DNA of 64,000 bases from Podarcis muralis (lineage: Eukaryota): positions 7,936,001 through 8,000,000 of the forward strand of contig NC_135667.1 of NCBI RefSeq assembly GCF_964188315.1, written 5' to 3'. The position numbers and the translations under genes are program-made. The first letter of the stretch is position 1. Every line of letters begins with the position of its first letter. A model generated the notes under the pieces. The model was not told the origin of the DNA and made no database searches. It was given only the letters and a program-made list of their open reading frames with translations. Of the stretch, positions 23,825-36,245 are shown piece after piece.

Positions 23825-26800
23825 TTATCTCCTCATTAGCTGTTCTTTGCTGTTCAGCTCAGGCCTCAGCAAAATAATGTAACATTTTGGGGAAAAAATA
23901 CAACCCAACAAACCAGCGCTGGAGGCCAAGATGGAGAAGATCTCCACAGCCACCATATATTTCCCCTTAGTGCTCAGGTAGGTTGGAACAAACGACAACC
24001 AAACACTGCAAAACATCAACATGCTGAAGGTGATGAACTTGGCTTCATTAAAAGTGTCTGGCAGCTTCCTAGCCAGGAATGCCACAGTGAAGCTGATGAT
24101 GGCTAGAAGTCCCATGTAGCCCAGGACAAGATAAAACATGGTGACAGAGCCTTCATTACATTTTGATATGATCTCTTGAGTCAGTGACTGCGTGTCCAAA
24201 TCTGGAAAGGAAGGAGTGGTAGACAACCAAATGGCACAAATACCAACTTGAATGTGGGAGCAGGAAAACACAATGGCGTTGGTCAATCTTTTTCCTACCC
24301 ACTTCCTCATGCTGGACCCTGGCCTGGTGGCCATGAAAGCAACAACCACTGTCATGGTTTTGGCCAACACACAAGAAACAGCCACTGAGAAAATGATGCC
24401 AAAAGTGGGTTGTCTGAGAAGGCAGGTCACTTTCCCAGGTTGGCCAAGGAAGAGCAAAGAAGAGAGGAAGCAGAGCAGAAGGGATATGAGGAGAGCATAG
24501 GTGAGGTCCCTATTGTTGGCTTTGACTATGGGGGTATCTCTGTGCTTAATAAAAGTTATTAGTGCCAAAGCTGTGATCAGGGAAAAAGAAACAGTAACTG
24601 ACGTTAAACTGATCCCTAAAGGTTCTTCATAAGAAAGATAGCAGATTGTTTTGGGGATGCAGTGATCTTGGTTGTTGCTTGGATACTGATAATCTGGGCA
24701 GTTCACACAGTTAATCATGTCTGGAAAAAGAAGAAGAAGAAAGGCTCATTTCAATAGAAATTCACATCTGATGAAGAGTACATTTTGGCTTCTGAGTTTG
24801 TTACTATAGGTACCGTATTTATCACTGCTATTTTACTGTATTTTATTGTAGTGTTCTGATGTAATGGTTTCTTCTTTTTGCATGGTTGTTTTACTGATTC
24901 TGGGTTGTCAGCTACCCTATGTTCCAGAAGAGAGGAATGGTGGAATACAAAAATATTTAAGACATAAATAAAATAAACTTTATTTGTGGAAGCAAGATGG
25001 AAGCTGCTGCTCACATACATTATCATCTAACTGCTGCTTGTATATATAAGATTGCTATATTCCCGTTGAGCTCTTTTCATTTGGGGGCTTTTCTTTGATT
25101 TTTTAATAAAAAGAGCCCAACTTGCCATACGTCCGGGTCTTCCGATTAAGGTTGTGTGCAGTGTTGTCTGCTGAACACCTTCGTTATGTTTTGAAGGTTC
25201 CTGCAGAAGACTGCTTACATTATGAGTAGTGCCTTCCAGAAGCCTTTGGTCTACACTTCCCATCAGTCTGGCTAGAATAGCCAATGTTAGGAATGATTGG
25301 AGCCTAGCATTCCTGTGCTTATTACATATCTTGCCCGTGAATTAAGTTGTCTATTACCCCATGTCTCGTTTCTTCATTATTGCTGCAGGGGCAAATGATT
25401 ATTTGCTGCTTGAACGAAAATTAAGTGAGGGGATAATTGCAATACATCACCTACCCTTCTGGTTTGAAATCTTCCCTTCTGGACATGGAACACAATCATA
25501 GCAGCAAAATTTATCCTTTTCCCTCTTTTTCTTCTGATAACCAGGGCGGCAAGAGTTACTACACACAGAAAGGGGTGGCACCTTTCAGTACACAGCATTG
25601 GAGTTTAGGGTAGAAGAAAGAAGAAATGTTTTGTTGCACATAAGCTGACGTACAAAATAAGTAAATAAGCAAACTGTTGACATGGAATAATGAACTTAAA
25701 TGGAACATTACACATTCATGCATACACCCGCCCATCTCCTGCTAATGCTTTCCAGAATATATTGTTTTTGCCATCTATTGCTTGGCTGACATAGGGGCAT
25801 AGGAAGTTGCTAAATACTGAGTCAAACCCTTGGTTCCTCCAGCTTTGTATTGTTCACAGTGACAGGCAACAGCTCTCCAAGATTTCAGACAGGGACATCT
25901 CCTGGCCCTACCTGGAATTGCAAGCAATTTAAACTGGGACCTGCATGCAAAGCAGATTCTCTATTACCAAACTATGGCTAGGGATGCAATAAGGCAGTCA
26001 TTTCCATTCCTTTCTATCCTATCTCACAATCGGAACTATTTCCATTCCACTGCAGTTTGGTTTCCACAAAACACCATGTTATTTGTCACACTGTCCACTA
26101 TTTAATGTAATTCACATAATTATTGACGCTAGTTACGAATTTAACATAAGTAAACACTTTTAATTCCACACCATTAATTTCAGTGCAAGGCACACACAAT
26201 CTAAATGGAGTGGGGCAGAAGTAATCAATCACATATTGCTTCCGAGTAGAAAACAAAACAAAACAAATATTATAAAAGCCTGGATTATTTTCCATTTGGA
26301 TGTAGGATAAATTAGTCCAGATTGGTTATTTCCACTTCTGTTTTAATTTTCATCAGTATTTTCTTACAACTCTAGCTGAGGGCCCTTCTCCAAAATGTGG
26401 GTACCAGAGAAGTTATTTTAATAACTTAATCCAGTGTCTCATTCCATAGGAAGAGGGGTGTCTATTGGTGTCTCGTTTTCTTTTGTAAAAAAAAACAAAA
26501 AAAACTGGTTCAAAATCCCCTATCAAAGTTTATTTTTATAGAGGATATTATTTTTTATTTCACTTGAACAGAATATTGCACATTTCCCACTGTTAGGCAC
26601 TTTAAGGTTACAGCTCTCTTTGTTTTTCTTAATGCAATAGGTGGTATTGTCTTTATTATAGAGACAGATCATTCATCGTCAACTGATACAGAAGAGAGAA
26701 TTCTTAGGTCTTAAATCAATATCCTAGCACCCATACTTGGTTAAATACACTGGGCCACACAATTAAATCATCATCAAGGATTAGTTCTTCTCCTTCAGGA

Positions 26801-29800
26801 GCTCTGGGCTCCACACTTCCGACTTTAACTCTCTGGAAGGAGTTGTTTGGGAAAGTGGCTATGCTCATGATGTCAAATCCACCTTCCATTTCTCTTTTGT
26901 CATTAAAGGACACTGTTTCTTGAGCTGAGTTGTTGAATGTTATGTCTTGAAGAATCAGGTGGAGCTAGTTGAAAGAGAAAAAGAAACAAGGGGAGAGCAA
27001 AATAATAGACACGTATCGCTGGAAATTCATGACATTGAATTCATGAGTTCATGAAAATTCCCAATGAATTGAATGGGTCTGGATAGGCGTGCCTAAACAA
27101 AATTGTTTTAAGCAGGTGCCATAGTTAGCAAAGTGATGGTACCTGCCAAATGTTATGTTATGTCCTGATAGGGTCTCACTTCTTTTACAACCGCAGTTTC
27201 CCAGTGAAAAGCAAGAGATGCCCTACATACAGTGCATTGAAGTAACCTAATCTTGAAGTAACCAATGCCTGAACAATTGTGGTGAAGCTCTCCTGGTCTA
27301 GGCACAGTCTTAGCTGATGCACCAGTTACAGCTGGTAAAAGGTGCTTCTACCCACTGAGGTATCTGGGTCTCCAGAGACAAAGCTGGATCCAGACACTCA
27401 TCACCTCTGCCTGCATACCTGCTCATTCGGGGGGATTGTAAACCCATCAAGGGCAGGCAATCGACCAATTTCCCATAGAGGGTAGCCTAGGGCTGCCAGA
27501 TGCCGGCACAGACATCACTTAAAAGGGCAGTGCGTTTGGAGAAGGGAAGAGAGCCATTCGCAGCCACGCCTACATTGGGGAAGTGCTGGGGCGTGGGCGG
27601 GGCAGTGTGGGGCTCTCCTCTTCTCTTATGCTCGCTCTGTGCATCATGTTTTTCATAGCAAATCATTCTAGAACTTCATTTTTCTTGGAGCTTTTGCCCA
27701 CCACAAAAAAACTCAACAAGCGTAACAAAATAACCACCTTAACAACTTTTCTGTCTGGATTTTCAATTTTGGAAATATGGAAACTGGTAGCCACTCACCC
27801 ACATTGCATCCTTCTTATGTTATTTTCCCATCCCACCACAGGGCTCTCATGACCTCTCCTTATCCATGTCATGGAGAAATAAAGTTCAGTGTCATCAGCA
27901 TACTGATAGCATCTTGCCTCCAATCTCAATACCATTGAGGATAAAACAGTGCCCCATGCCAACCCCCAGCTTAAATGCCTGGGCCCCACAAAACACTCAT
28001 GCAATTCTACTCTCTAGATAGGACCAGTAACCAAATGCCCCCAGTTCCCATTCCATGTAGCTGGCCCTGGTCAATGGTATCAAAAGCTGCAGAAAGCTCA
28101 AGCAACAGGAGCAAAGTCACATTCCCCTTGTCCCGTCTTCCATAAAGGTCACCCAACAGGATAACTCAGTTTGGCAAACACCTTCTCTTGTCATGCAGCA
28201 AGACCTAGCCTGAAAATGAAGCTATTTTTTTCAGTGAGGGATGCTCAAAAGTTACGGCTTCCCTTCTCCAAGCCCCAAGAAAAGGAGAAAATGTGAACCC
28301 ACAAATTTCCATCAATGTCTTGGTGTGTCTAACATAATTTTACCATTAGGAAAAAGGCATATTGTATTAGCTTTTTCATGGCAAGTAAAAACACAATTAT
28401 ATAGTGTAGACATTACCTGCCATGGGTGGTTTGCAACTCTTTCAGCCTCCACAGCTGCTCTGAGTTTGGGTGTAGATGAGTCCATGGCATGCAGTGCATG
28501 TGCAGCAGCATAGACAGCATTATAGATGCTATAGCTGTGACCAGTCATGCACATTTCAAAAAGAGGCGCAGGAAGGCTCTCCAGTCTTGCCTCTCCAGTA
28601 CATGGTTCATTGACCTCTTTTGGACAATGAAATGAGCAGTCAAAGACTTGCTCCCATATATCCTTGATAAAACCATCTCCTTCTGCCCAGCAAGGCTCTA
28701 TAGTCTGAAGGAATGTCTTGAATGCTGGTGGTTCATGTGAATGAATTGTGAATGAAATAGCCCCTTGGAACACTTGCAGATCTGAGCCTCTTTGAAGGCT
28801 AGTTAATGCAAAATCTATCTGGGCTGTCAGAATCCACACCTTTTCGTGAGATGTGTCATTATTACGTTCAGGATTTCCCAGAAGAATAAAATAGCTCAGC
28901 CACATAATGGACAGTGTTTCTCCATAGAGAACAAATGTGTTGACTTTGTTAAATGTGAAAGGTTTATAAATACTCTGGACCTGGTTGTTAATTTCAAACA
29001 TATCATTTAACCGGGCTTGTTGTGTAATCCTTTCTGTGAAAGCTGAACAGATTCCATGCTGGGAAAGCAATGGCTCCAGGGTCTGCAAGAAACGCTCTCC
29101 ACTCTCATCGTTGACAGTGAAGAACCCAACCCATGTCCATCTGAAATGCTGAAGTAAGCGGACAATCCCAATGTACTGGCGGGCTTCGTTGGGGACCATA
29201 TTGTAGAAGGAGTGGGACTGCATTGCATAACTCTCCTCTGGGGCAAATGAGCCATAAGTGAGCTGAAATAAAATGTAGCGATTTAAGAGATTTTTTTAGG
29301 AGGAATGCCTGAATGAATCTGCATATGAGGGCTTTCAGTCTGGGCAATGAGTATTTTTCCAGCTAAACCTGATATGAATTCAGAAAACCTGAATTTTAAA
29401 GACGTATTTTGTCTGAATTTTCTCAGCCTGTGAAAATGTAATATTTTTGAACTAGTCATTGGAAAGATATCTGGTAGAAATTATTGACTGTATATTACCC
29501 AGATATGTATTTTAATATGTAAATATATTTATAATAACTGATTTTATGCATACTTTGGTTTTTTATCAACTAACTTTTTAAATCATTAAATCTAATGTAT
29601 ATTTTATATAAACTGCATTGAGATATTTATGAGTAAGCATACAAACTGCATTAAATAAATATATGAATTTCATTACATAAATAAATATATTTTCCCATCC
29701 TGTTCTCTTCCTTGGGCTAAGTCCCATTTCACTTTTGAATATCAGGCAAATTAAGTGTAGCTTTCCTGCCTTTCTGAACAACAAAAACCACTTCCAGAAT

Positions 29801-31676
29801 AGCATGAAGCGATTGCAATTTCCGTAAATCCCCATGCACAGAGCTTACCTGTGGAATCTTATAGCTATCCAAGATATCTGCCATGCGGTATGAGATATCA
29901 GAGCCAAGCCCCCCTATGATGGTCATGAGGTTTTTCTGTCTGCCACATTTGTAGTTGGGCACAAATTTCTGTGATTTGAAGAGCAGGTCCAGAGTGGTGC
30001 GGTAAGTTCTCTGAGCATCGTAGTAGCTGTCACTGATGTGGAACCCCAATGTAGCATTGGGCAAGATTCTGGGATTTTCATTAATTTCTTTCACAGCAAA
30101 TGCCAAGGCGAGGACATGCTGGTAGAATTTTATTATCACACTGCGAACAGAGAGACCTGCTTATTTGGAAGCAGATGTTGCAAGCTTGGCTAACATTGGC
30201 TTTAAATAAGACAATCTATTTTTGAAACAAACTCCTACAAGCATCACGACTAGGGAAGGGCAAACTTACTTTATTTGCACTATCTGAAACAATATGCAAA
30301 GCAAAATGCTGCTAAAATTCACACCTCTCTGAATTTTGCAATGTAATATATAGGTAAAGGTAAAGGGACCCCGACCATTAGGTCCAGTCATGACCGACTC
30401 TGGGGTTGCGGCGCTCATCTCGCTTTATTGGCCGAGGGAGGCGGCATACAGCTTCCGGGTCATGTGGCCAGCATGACTAAGCCGCTTCTGGCAAACCAGA
30501 GCAGCGCACGGAAACGCCGTTTACCTTCCCCCCGGAGCGGTACCTGTTTATCTGCTTGCACTTTGACGTGCTTTCGAACTGCTAGGTAGGCAGGAGCAGG
30601 GACCGAACAACAGGAGCTCACCCCGTCATGGGGATTTGAACCACCGACCTTCTGATTGGCAAGTCCTAGGCTCTGTGGTGTAACATATTACATAATGTAA
30701 TATGTAAAAACACGCATTTACTAGGATAAGATGTGCATAGAAATAAGGCTTATGCACAGTCCTCCCAGTCCATCCCATGGCTTCAGTCTGCCCCCACAAT
30801 CAACCTGACCTCACCTGCCTTAGATCCAGTCCACCTGCCCTCTTAACAACTGTAGGCTTTCTGCAATGGTTTAGTTGATAATCAACTCATAAGGATGGAT
30901 GAAGCTGTTAATTTTGGTTTCTCTCAGTTTCTCCTTCTTCTAGTTTTAACACATTTCTCCACATTTTCACATCTGTCTGCAATGGGTTGTTTTTTTTAAG
31001 CCATCAAGACAATTCATCAGCATTTTGATGCAAATTTATCCAAATGTACAAAATTTGCTATGCAATTTCCCTGAACGCACACATTTTACAAACCAATTTC
31101 CCCTAACACAATATATTTTTATGCCGTTTTCATTAGCATGTGTATTTTAATGCATATTTTGGCCTACTGTATGCATAATCAGAATTGCCTGAAACCCTGG
31201 AAAGCTACTGCTGGTCCTTGTAGACAATACTGAGGTAGATGGACCAGTGGTTTACTTAGACAGCTTCCTACGCAACTGTTAACTACTAGCTTCTTCTTCA
31301 CACATGCACACAGCATGAGAAAGAGATGTGATGATGTGGACACTCCACACCAAAATTCTCTTTCCTTGCATTACAAATGCTGAGGTTTCAAAGCTCACAT
31401 GACGCAGGAAGGAGGGGATCCTTACAGTGGGACATCAGATTTCAGCTCTTGTGAAGGGTGTACCTTGAAGGAAACTGGGGTGAAAACGTAAATGATCTGA
31501 GAGGAAATCCCACCGATGAGGAGGTCTCCTGATTGGTACCACTCATGGGGAACAGGGAGGGGATCAGTTGGACGGCACTTCATAGCATTTGCTTTGCACG
31601 CTAGAGGAGGTAGCAGAAGCAGCAGCACTAACCACACCATCTGATGGCAAACCAGAGCAGGTCCTTCTTTGCCCAT
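23825..31676 (-). CDS. Vomeronasal type-2 receptor (V2R, class C GPCR) gene 1, intact, 879 aa
   Basis: Exons 31676-31426, 30140-29849 (292), 29262-28417 (846), 26964-26737 (228), 25581-25455 (127), 24720-23825 (896). All GT-AG, total 2640 nt. Signal peptide, [30 protein letters not shown], Cys-rich domain, 7TM with FNEAK and PKCY. Alternative start at ATG 31640. Confidence 0.93.
27780..28190 (-). mobile_element. L2-clade LINE reverse transcriptase fragment in V2R1 intron 3
   Basis: Translates [12 protein letters not shown] (RT catalytic YADD motif). Confidence 0.7.
30352..30682 (-). mobile_element. Sauria SINE in V2R1 intron 1
   Basis: aggtaaaggtaaagggacccc...gggatttgaaccaccgaccttctg, the reverse complement of the 3015 element. 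Confidence 0.9.
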
Positions 31677-32879
31677 CTACAATGCCATTGTTGGCATCAG
31701 AAAGTTTGAAAAAGCTATAGTCAGCCAAGATCCTTAATTAAATATATAAATATATCTAAGTGTATCAGCCTTATCTTTAAAATCAGTTAGGCTAGCAAAA
31801 CATGCCTTGAATGTGCCAGTAAATGTCCATTGATTTCAAGCCAGAAATATACAAGGAAAGAGGGAGATTATCAAAGCCCAAACTGACCAAACCTCATGTG
31901 CCTCTCGCCCCCGGTCATAATGGCACACAGTGAGGTTGGTTATAAGTAAATAACTTTCACACTTGTTTCCTGGTTGCTTTTCTAGAAGCTTCTCCTTTGA
32001 ACAGGGAGTGCATTTAAGATAATTTCAGGGGAAGATAATTACTTCTGTAGGGTTTCGTCTCAGAGGATCTCCCTCAGTACAAACAGTTTTTTCCAGATCT
32101 GATCACTGCTCCATGTGGGAGTTAGGGCAAAAACTACATGTGATGTTAACCATGTAGTTTGCTACTGGTGCAAGCCATCTTTCACTAATAGCCAGTGCAC
32201 TGTTGACTGATGTACCATTAGGGTATGTGTGTTGGGATAAGGAGCTTTATCCCTTTGCCCCCAATTGGCCAAATAATCTATGTTAAAGACACTACATTTT
32301 AATGTACATAAAATGTGTGTTTGAATGCATTGTATTTAAAGTGCTTGTAATGAGAAGTTTACATTAGGCAGGAGCTTTTATTATAGTGAATACAGGAAAG
32401 CAGCTATGGTCAGCAGACAGCTGAAACCTGAGAAGTCAGATTCTCTGTGTTGTTGGAAGCCAGAAGAGAGATTGCCAGCCCAGCATCTTGCGAGGAGCTC
32501 CCAGCATATTGCAGTCTCTCTCTGGGATCAGAGGGAGGTTCCTGAACTTTATAAAAGTAATTAAAGGACTGAACCTTATTGCCTGCTGCTTGATTGCAAG
32601 GTGTTACTTTGTTCTTAGCAATGTTTGTATGTAGATAGTTTTAAGACTGTTCTGTAGTAAAGCACTGAAACTTATTCTTGGGATGGAAAGCTCATTTATA
32701 GCTAAACAAGGTCCAGATCAGGGATTCAGCTAAATACCTTTAACAACCTGTGATTGGCGGTTGTTTGTGGCTGGTGTGCAAATGATGGGTAACTTTGGTG
32801 AGTTGTAAGATTGGCAGTGGTGGTTAGTTGGGTGAGTGGTATTTGGCAACCCCCCCCCCAATAGCTCAACAACTCTGGG

Positions 32880-33002
32880 CAATCCCCCCATAAAAAAGCT
32901 GAATAACTCTGGGCAATCTCCCCACATTTCCTTAATTTTGAGTCCCCCAAAATAGGGGTCGTCTTATACACAAGGGGGCATTTCATACACGGAAAAATAC
33001 GG
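32880..33002. mobile_element. Right end of a Tc1/pogo-type DNA transposon
   Basis: gtcgtcttatacac...catacacggaaaaatacgg followed by TA; same terminus as at 34891. Left end not found. Confidence 0.55.
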
Positions 33003-33063
33003 TAAATATAAAAGTTCCCTCTGCCATCATTTCACCTATTCAAGCCAGTTTCTACCACACTAA

Positions 33064-33091
33064 GGTTTTTGATGGGTGATATATTGCTGTG
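33064..33091 (-). promoter_or_regulatory. Recombination signal sequence with 12-bp spacer (CACAGCA-12-TCAAAAACC)
   Basis: Heptamer 33091-33085 CACAGCA, spacer ATATATCACCCA (12 nt), nonamer 33072-33064 TCAAAAACC (consensus CACAGTG / ACAAAAACC). Confidence 0.85.
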
Positions 33092-33519
33092 GTAATGCAG
33101 GAAGCTTCTTACACAGTAATAGACAGCTGTGTCATCGGGTTTCATGTTATTCATCTGCAGTTCCAACTTGCATGAAGGGTTCCTTGAGACAGTGAAGCAT
33201 CCTTTCACCATGGGGGCATAAAACTGCTTGCTCCCGTCAGTGTATATTAAGGCAATCCATTCCAGTCCCTTCCTGGGAGCCCGCCTCACCCAGTGCAGGG
33301 GAAGCTGTGGAAGGTGAACCCAGAGCCCTGGCAGGAAATGTTAAGGGTCTCTCTGGGACTTTTTACACTCCCTCCTGGACTCAAACCCTGGGTCTTCCAT
33401 CAATACCTTAACCACTACTCCACACTTGCTACTCCACACTTGCTATTGCACCATATCAGGATGAAAAAATACCTTTGAAGATGACTGCAAGAATAACAAA
33501 CTATAGCCACCATGTCCAT
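33064..33519 (-). pseudogene. Orphan immunoglobulin heavy-chain variable (IGHV-like) pseudogene with leader exon and RSS
   Basis: Leader 33519-33473 reads MDM-WL*FVILAVIFK|G with +1 frameshift and stop, donor AAAG|GTATT. V region [27 protein letters not shown]-(frameshift)[38 protein letters not shown]...[18 protein letters not shown] has the canonical Cys, Trp and YYC of VH. Confidence 0.92.
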
Positions 33520-34384
33520 TTCACTTCCCATAAGTTTTGACAGACTGTCTGGAAAGTGGTCCCAGGCAAGCAGGGCTGTGTAGTTGCGGTGAATACAGCA
33601 GATTTAAACAGGAAGTTGCCTATGTATTTTAAATGTCTGTGCATAAAAGCGGCTTACAAGCCCCCTTCAGAAATTCAGATATGGAGGAGAGGGAGACGTC
33701 TTTGTGTATTGGCCCAACCCCTGGTATTTTAACTGCCACTAAAGCTGTCTGAAGGAAGAGCTGTAGGAACTGTCCTCCTGGCCTGGGTGTTGTCACCTGC
33801 TCGGCCTCTAAGTCTGATCTAGGGGAAAAGATTGCTGCAGGGAGGCATTCCTCTTTATCAAGGGCAAGACAACCAGAACCATGTCTGAGGAGTTGCTCTT
33901 CTGCTAGACAGGCAGAATCTGCAAAGACAAAACTATCTAACAGTGTGTTAGCTTCAGGCTTGTAACTTGAAATTAGCTTCTCCCTCCCTCCTCCCTCCCA
34001 ATTCTTTTCCCCTTGTATGGCTAACAGTAATTAAGCTATCTCTGTCCAGATAGGGGTGCAGCTGGGCCATCTGGAGATGACAGGAGCTGTAATCCAAAAT
34101 ATCTGAAAGGCACCAGGTTGGGAAAATCTGGTCTGGATTGTGCCTACTCAGAATAGACACAGTGATGTTAACAAGGGTGATTAACTTACTTCTATAAATT
34201 TCATTGGGCACAGTCGGCTGCAACCCATTTAAATGACCAAACTGGCATTTCTGATCTTCCCAGAGAGTACATCCTTACATTTCTGAATAACCTCCAAGGA
34301 AAACAAGATCAGCAGCAATTTCATCATGATATTGAAGAGATGGCCCAGATAGAAAGGGCATACCAGGAAGGTCATAGGTGGTTT

Positions 34385-34891
34385 CTGCGACGTGAGCGAA
34401 AACCACCTAACAGCTTCTTGATCGCTGCCAGCGGTCGCCAATCATACTCCCACTTGTTGCGACAAGGGCAGCTGTCTATTGGCTGCCACAGCGGCAAACA
34501 GGAGGGCTAATGGCAGCGATCAGGCAGCTGCGACGTGTGTGGTTGTCTGCTGCGTTCCGGTGGGTGAGAGATTTTTGGGATTCCCCGCCCCCAAACAATC
34601 AAGCGGCCAATGCTGAAAACTGCTCACCCGCTGGAATGAAGCGCAAGCCTGAGATTCTAAGCAGCAATTGTAAGCAACACAAGCGGCTGTGTGCTGCATT
34701 CTGGTGAGTGAGCAATTTCCGGCATTCCCCTCCACAACAATCAAGCGGCCAATCACCACTTACAATCTCGGGCTCGTGGCAAAAAACCATTCCAGCGTCC
34801 CCCCTCAGCACTACCAGTGTATAAGACGAGCCTAAATCTTGAACCTCATTTTTGGGTCAAAAAAGCTCGTCTTATACACGGGAAAATACGG
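34385..34891. mobile_element. CpG-rich Tc1/pogo-type non-autonomous element (right end clear, left end uncertain)
   Basis: Terminus cttatacacgggaaaatacgg+TA. Perfect 15-bp inverted repeat gtgtataagacgagc (34817-34831) / gctcgtcttatacac (34865-34879). Confidence 0.55.
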
Positions 34892-36245
34892 TATCTCCTC
34901 CCACTGAGAATATCAGGGGCACTAAGTCCCATCAGGACTGTGGTGGGGGCACAGGGATGAGGTGCTGTCAGTTTTGATTCCATCACATTGCAGAACTACA
35001 GGTTTGTGCATTTAAAATAGATCAAAGTGTTCTGCTGCCCTAGTGCAACATATCCACTTTAAAATAAACCTGTACTGTTGGCTGTTAGGAAAGTGATAAG
35101 GAAATGAATTGAAAAGTGTGGGATCAACTAATTTTTAATGTGTAGTTATATAAGCACCATGCAAGCAAGCCAGGGCTGGGTACGGAATGATCTGTTAATT
35201 TTCCCAATCTTAAATTCAGTTATTTGCATTTCTGCAGTAATTTGTAAATATCTTTTTTTCTTAAAAACTCGTGAAAGTTCACCAGAATTTTAGTGCAAAA
35301 TTCTCCTAATAAAAATTTCTGCTAATAAATTTGTGTGTACACATTTTGGTAAGTAATTTTGTGCGCATTATCTTCAGTGGCCTTTCCATTTTTATACACA
35401 TTTCTGCAAACCTATGCGTTTTTCTGGACATTCGTTGGAGAACTGCATCAAAAGTAGGATAAATTTCTGAATTTTAGGGGATGTCTGTGTTTTAGTTCTC
35501 ACATTGCTTTGGAAAGTGTGGATTTGCTATCTTTGCATTTAAATGGGAACTGAGTCAAATTTCTTATCCATCCCAAAACAGGATGAATTCTCATGATTTT
35601 ATAACTTCCGCACAAACTAATCAGAGCGAATGCTCAGTGAAGACCAGATACAATCTAACCTCCATGGAAGCTTGGTTTGGGGTAAGTGAATCAGGAACAA
35701 AACTCAATAAGAATAAAATCTAGAGGGGCCTTTCAAACCTCCAGAGTCCTCCTCACCAGTGTCTTATTGCAACTTGCACTGGCAATTCCAAACTACACAG
35801 CAAACCTTGTATCTAGTGTGTGTCATAAAACTGGAACTGGGCAGTGCTGATAATCTTCTCATAATTTTCATAATTATGGAAATGTGTTTCAATAAATGAT
35901 CGAACATAGCACTTCATCCTATCCCCCTGTCAAGCCAATGGCTTCACTTTAGGGTATTATTTTCCTGTTGGCGTTTGCTCGCCTTGGAAATCTGGGACCT
36001 GTCACCTACTTGTAGTCTCTTTGAGGAGCATAACAATCTTGTGGCCAGATTCAAGTAGAGACAAACATGTTTTCTATCTAAAAGGATTCTGGCACAGTGA
36101 CTTTGCTAAGTTATCTCCCCCTGCAGCTATCCAAATTACTGTCATTTGTTCTCCTGCCCAAAACCCTAGTGGTGTTTCAGAAAATGACAACATTTAGTAA
36201 AAGCACTAGCTCTATAAGTAGATATAGAAAACAAGCAAGCCTCCT

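Noticed and set aside
32200-32730. Possible solo LTR (and a similar-looking stretch at about 51990-52200)
   Set aside because: Could not identify TG...CA ends with a TSD or a second copy.
33520-33700. Ig octamer promoter (ATGCAAAT) for the VH
   Set aside because: Best nearby match is ATGCACAG (two mismatches); the exact octamer at about 35222 is too far away and lies in the V2R-duplicated repeat-like sequence.
32880-34891. Composite DNA transposon that carried the VH pseudogene
   Set aside because: Both transposon termini are right ends in the same orientation, so they do not bracket the VH as inverted ends.
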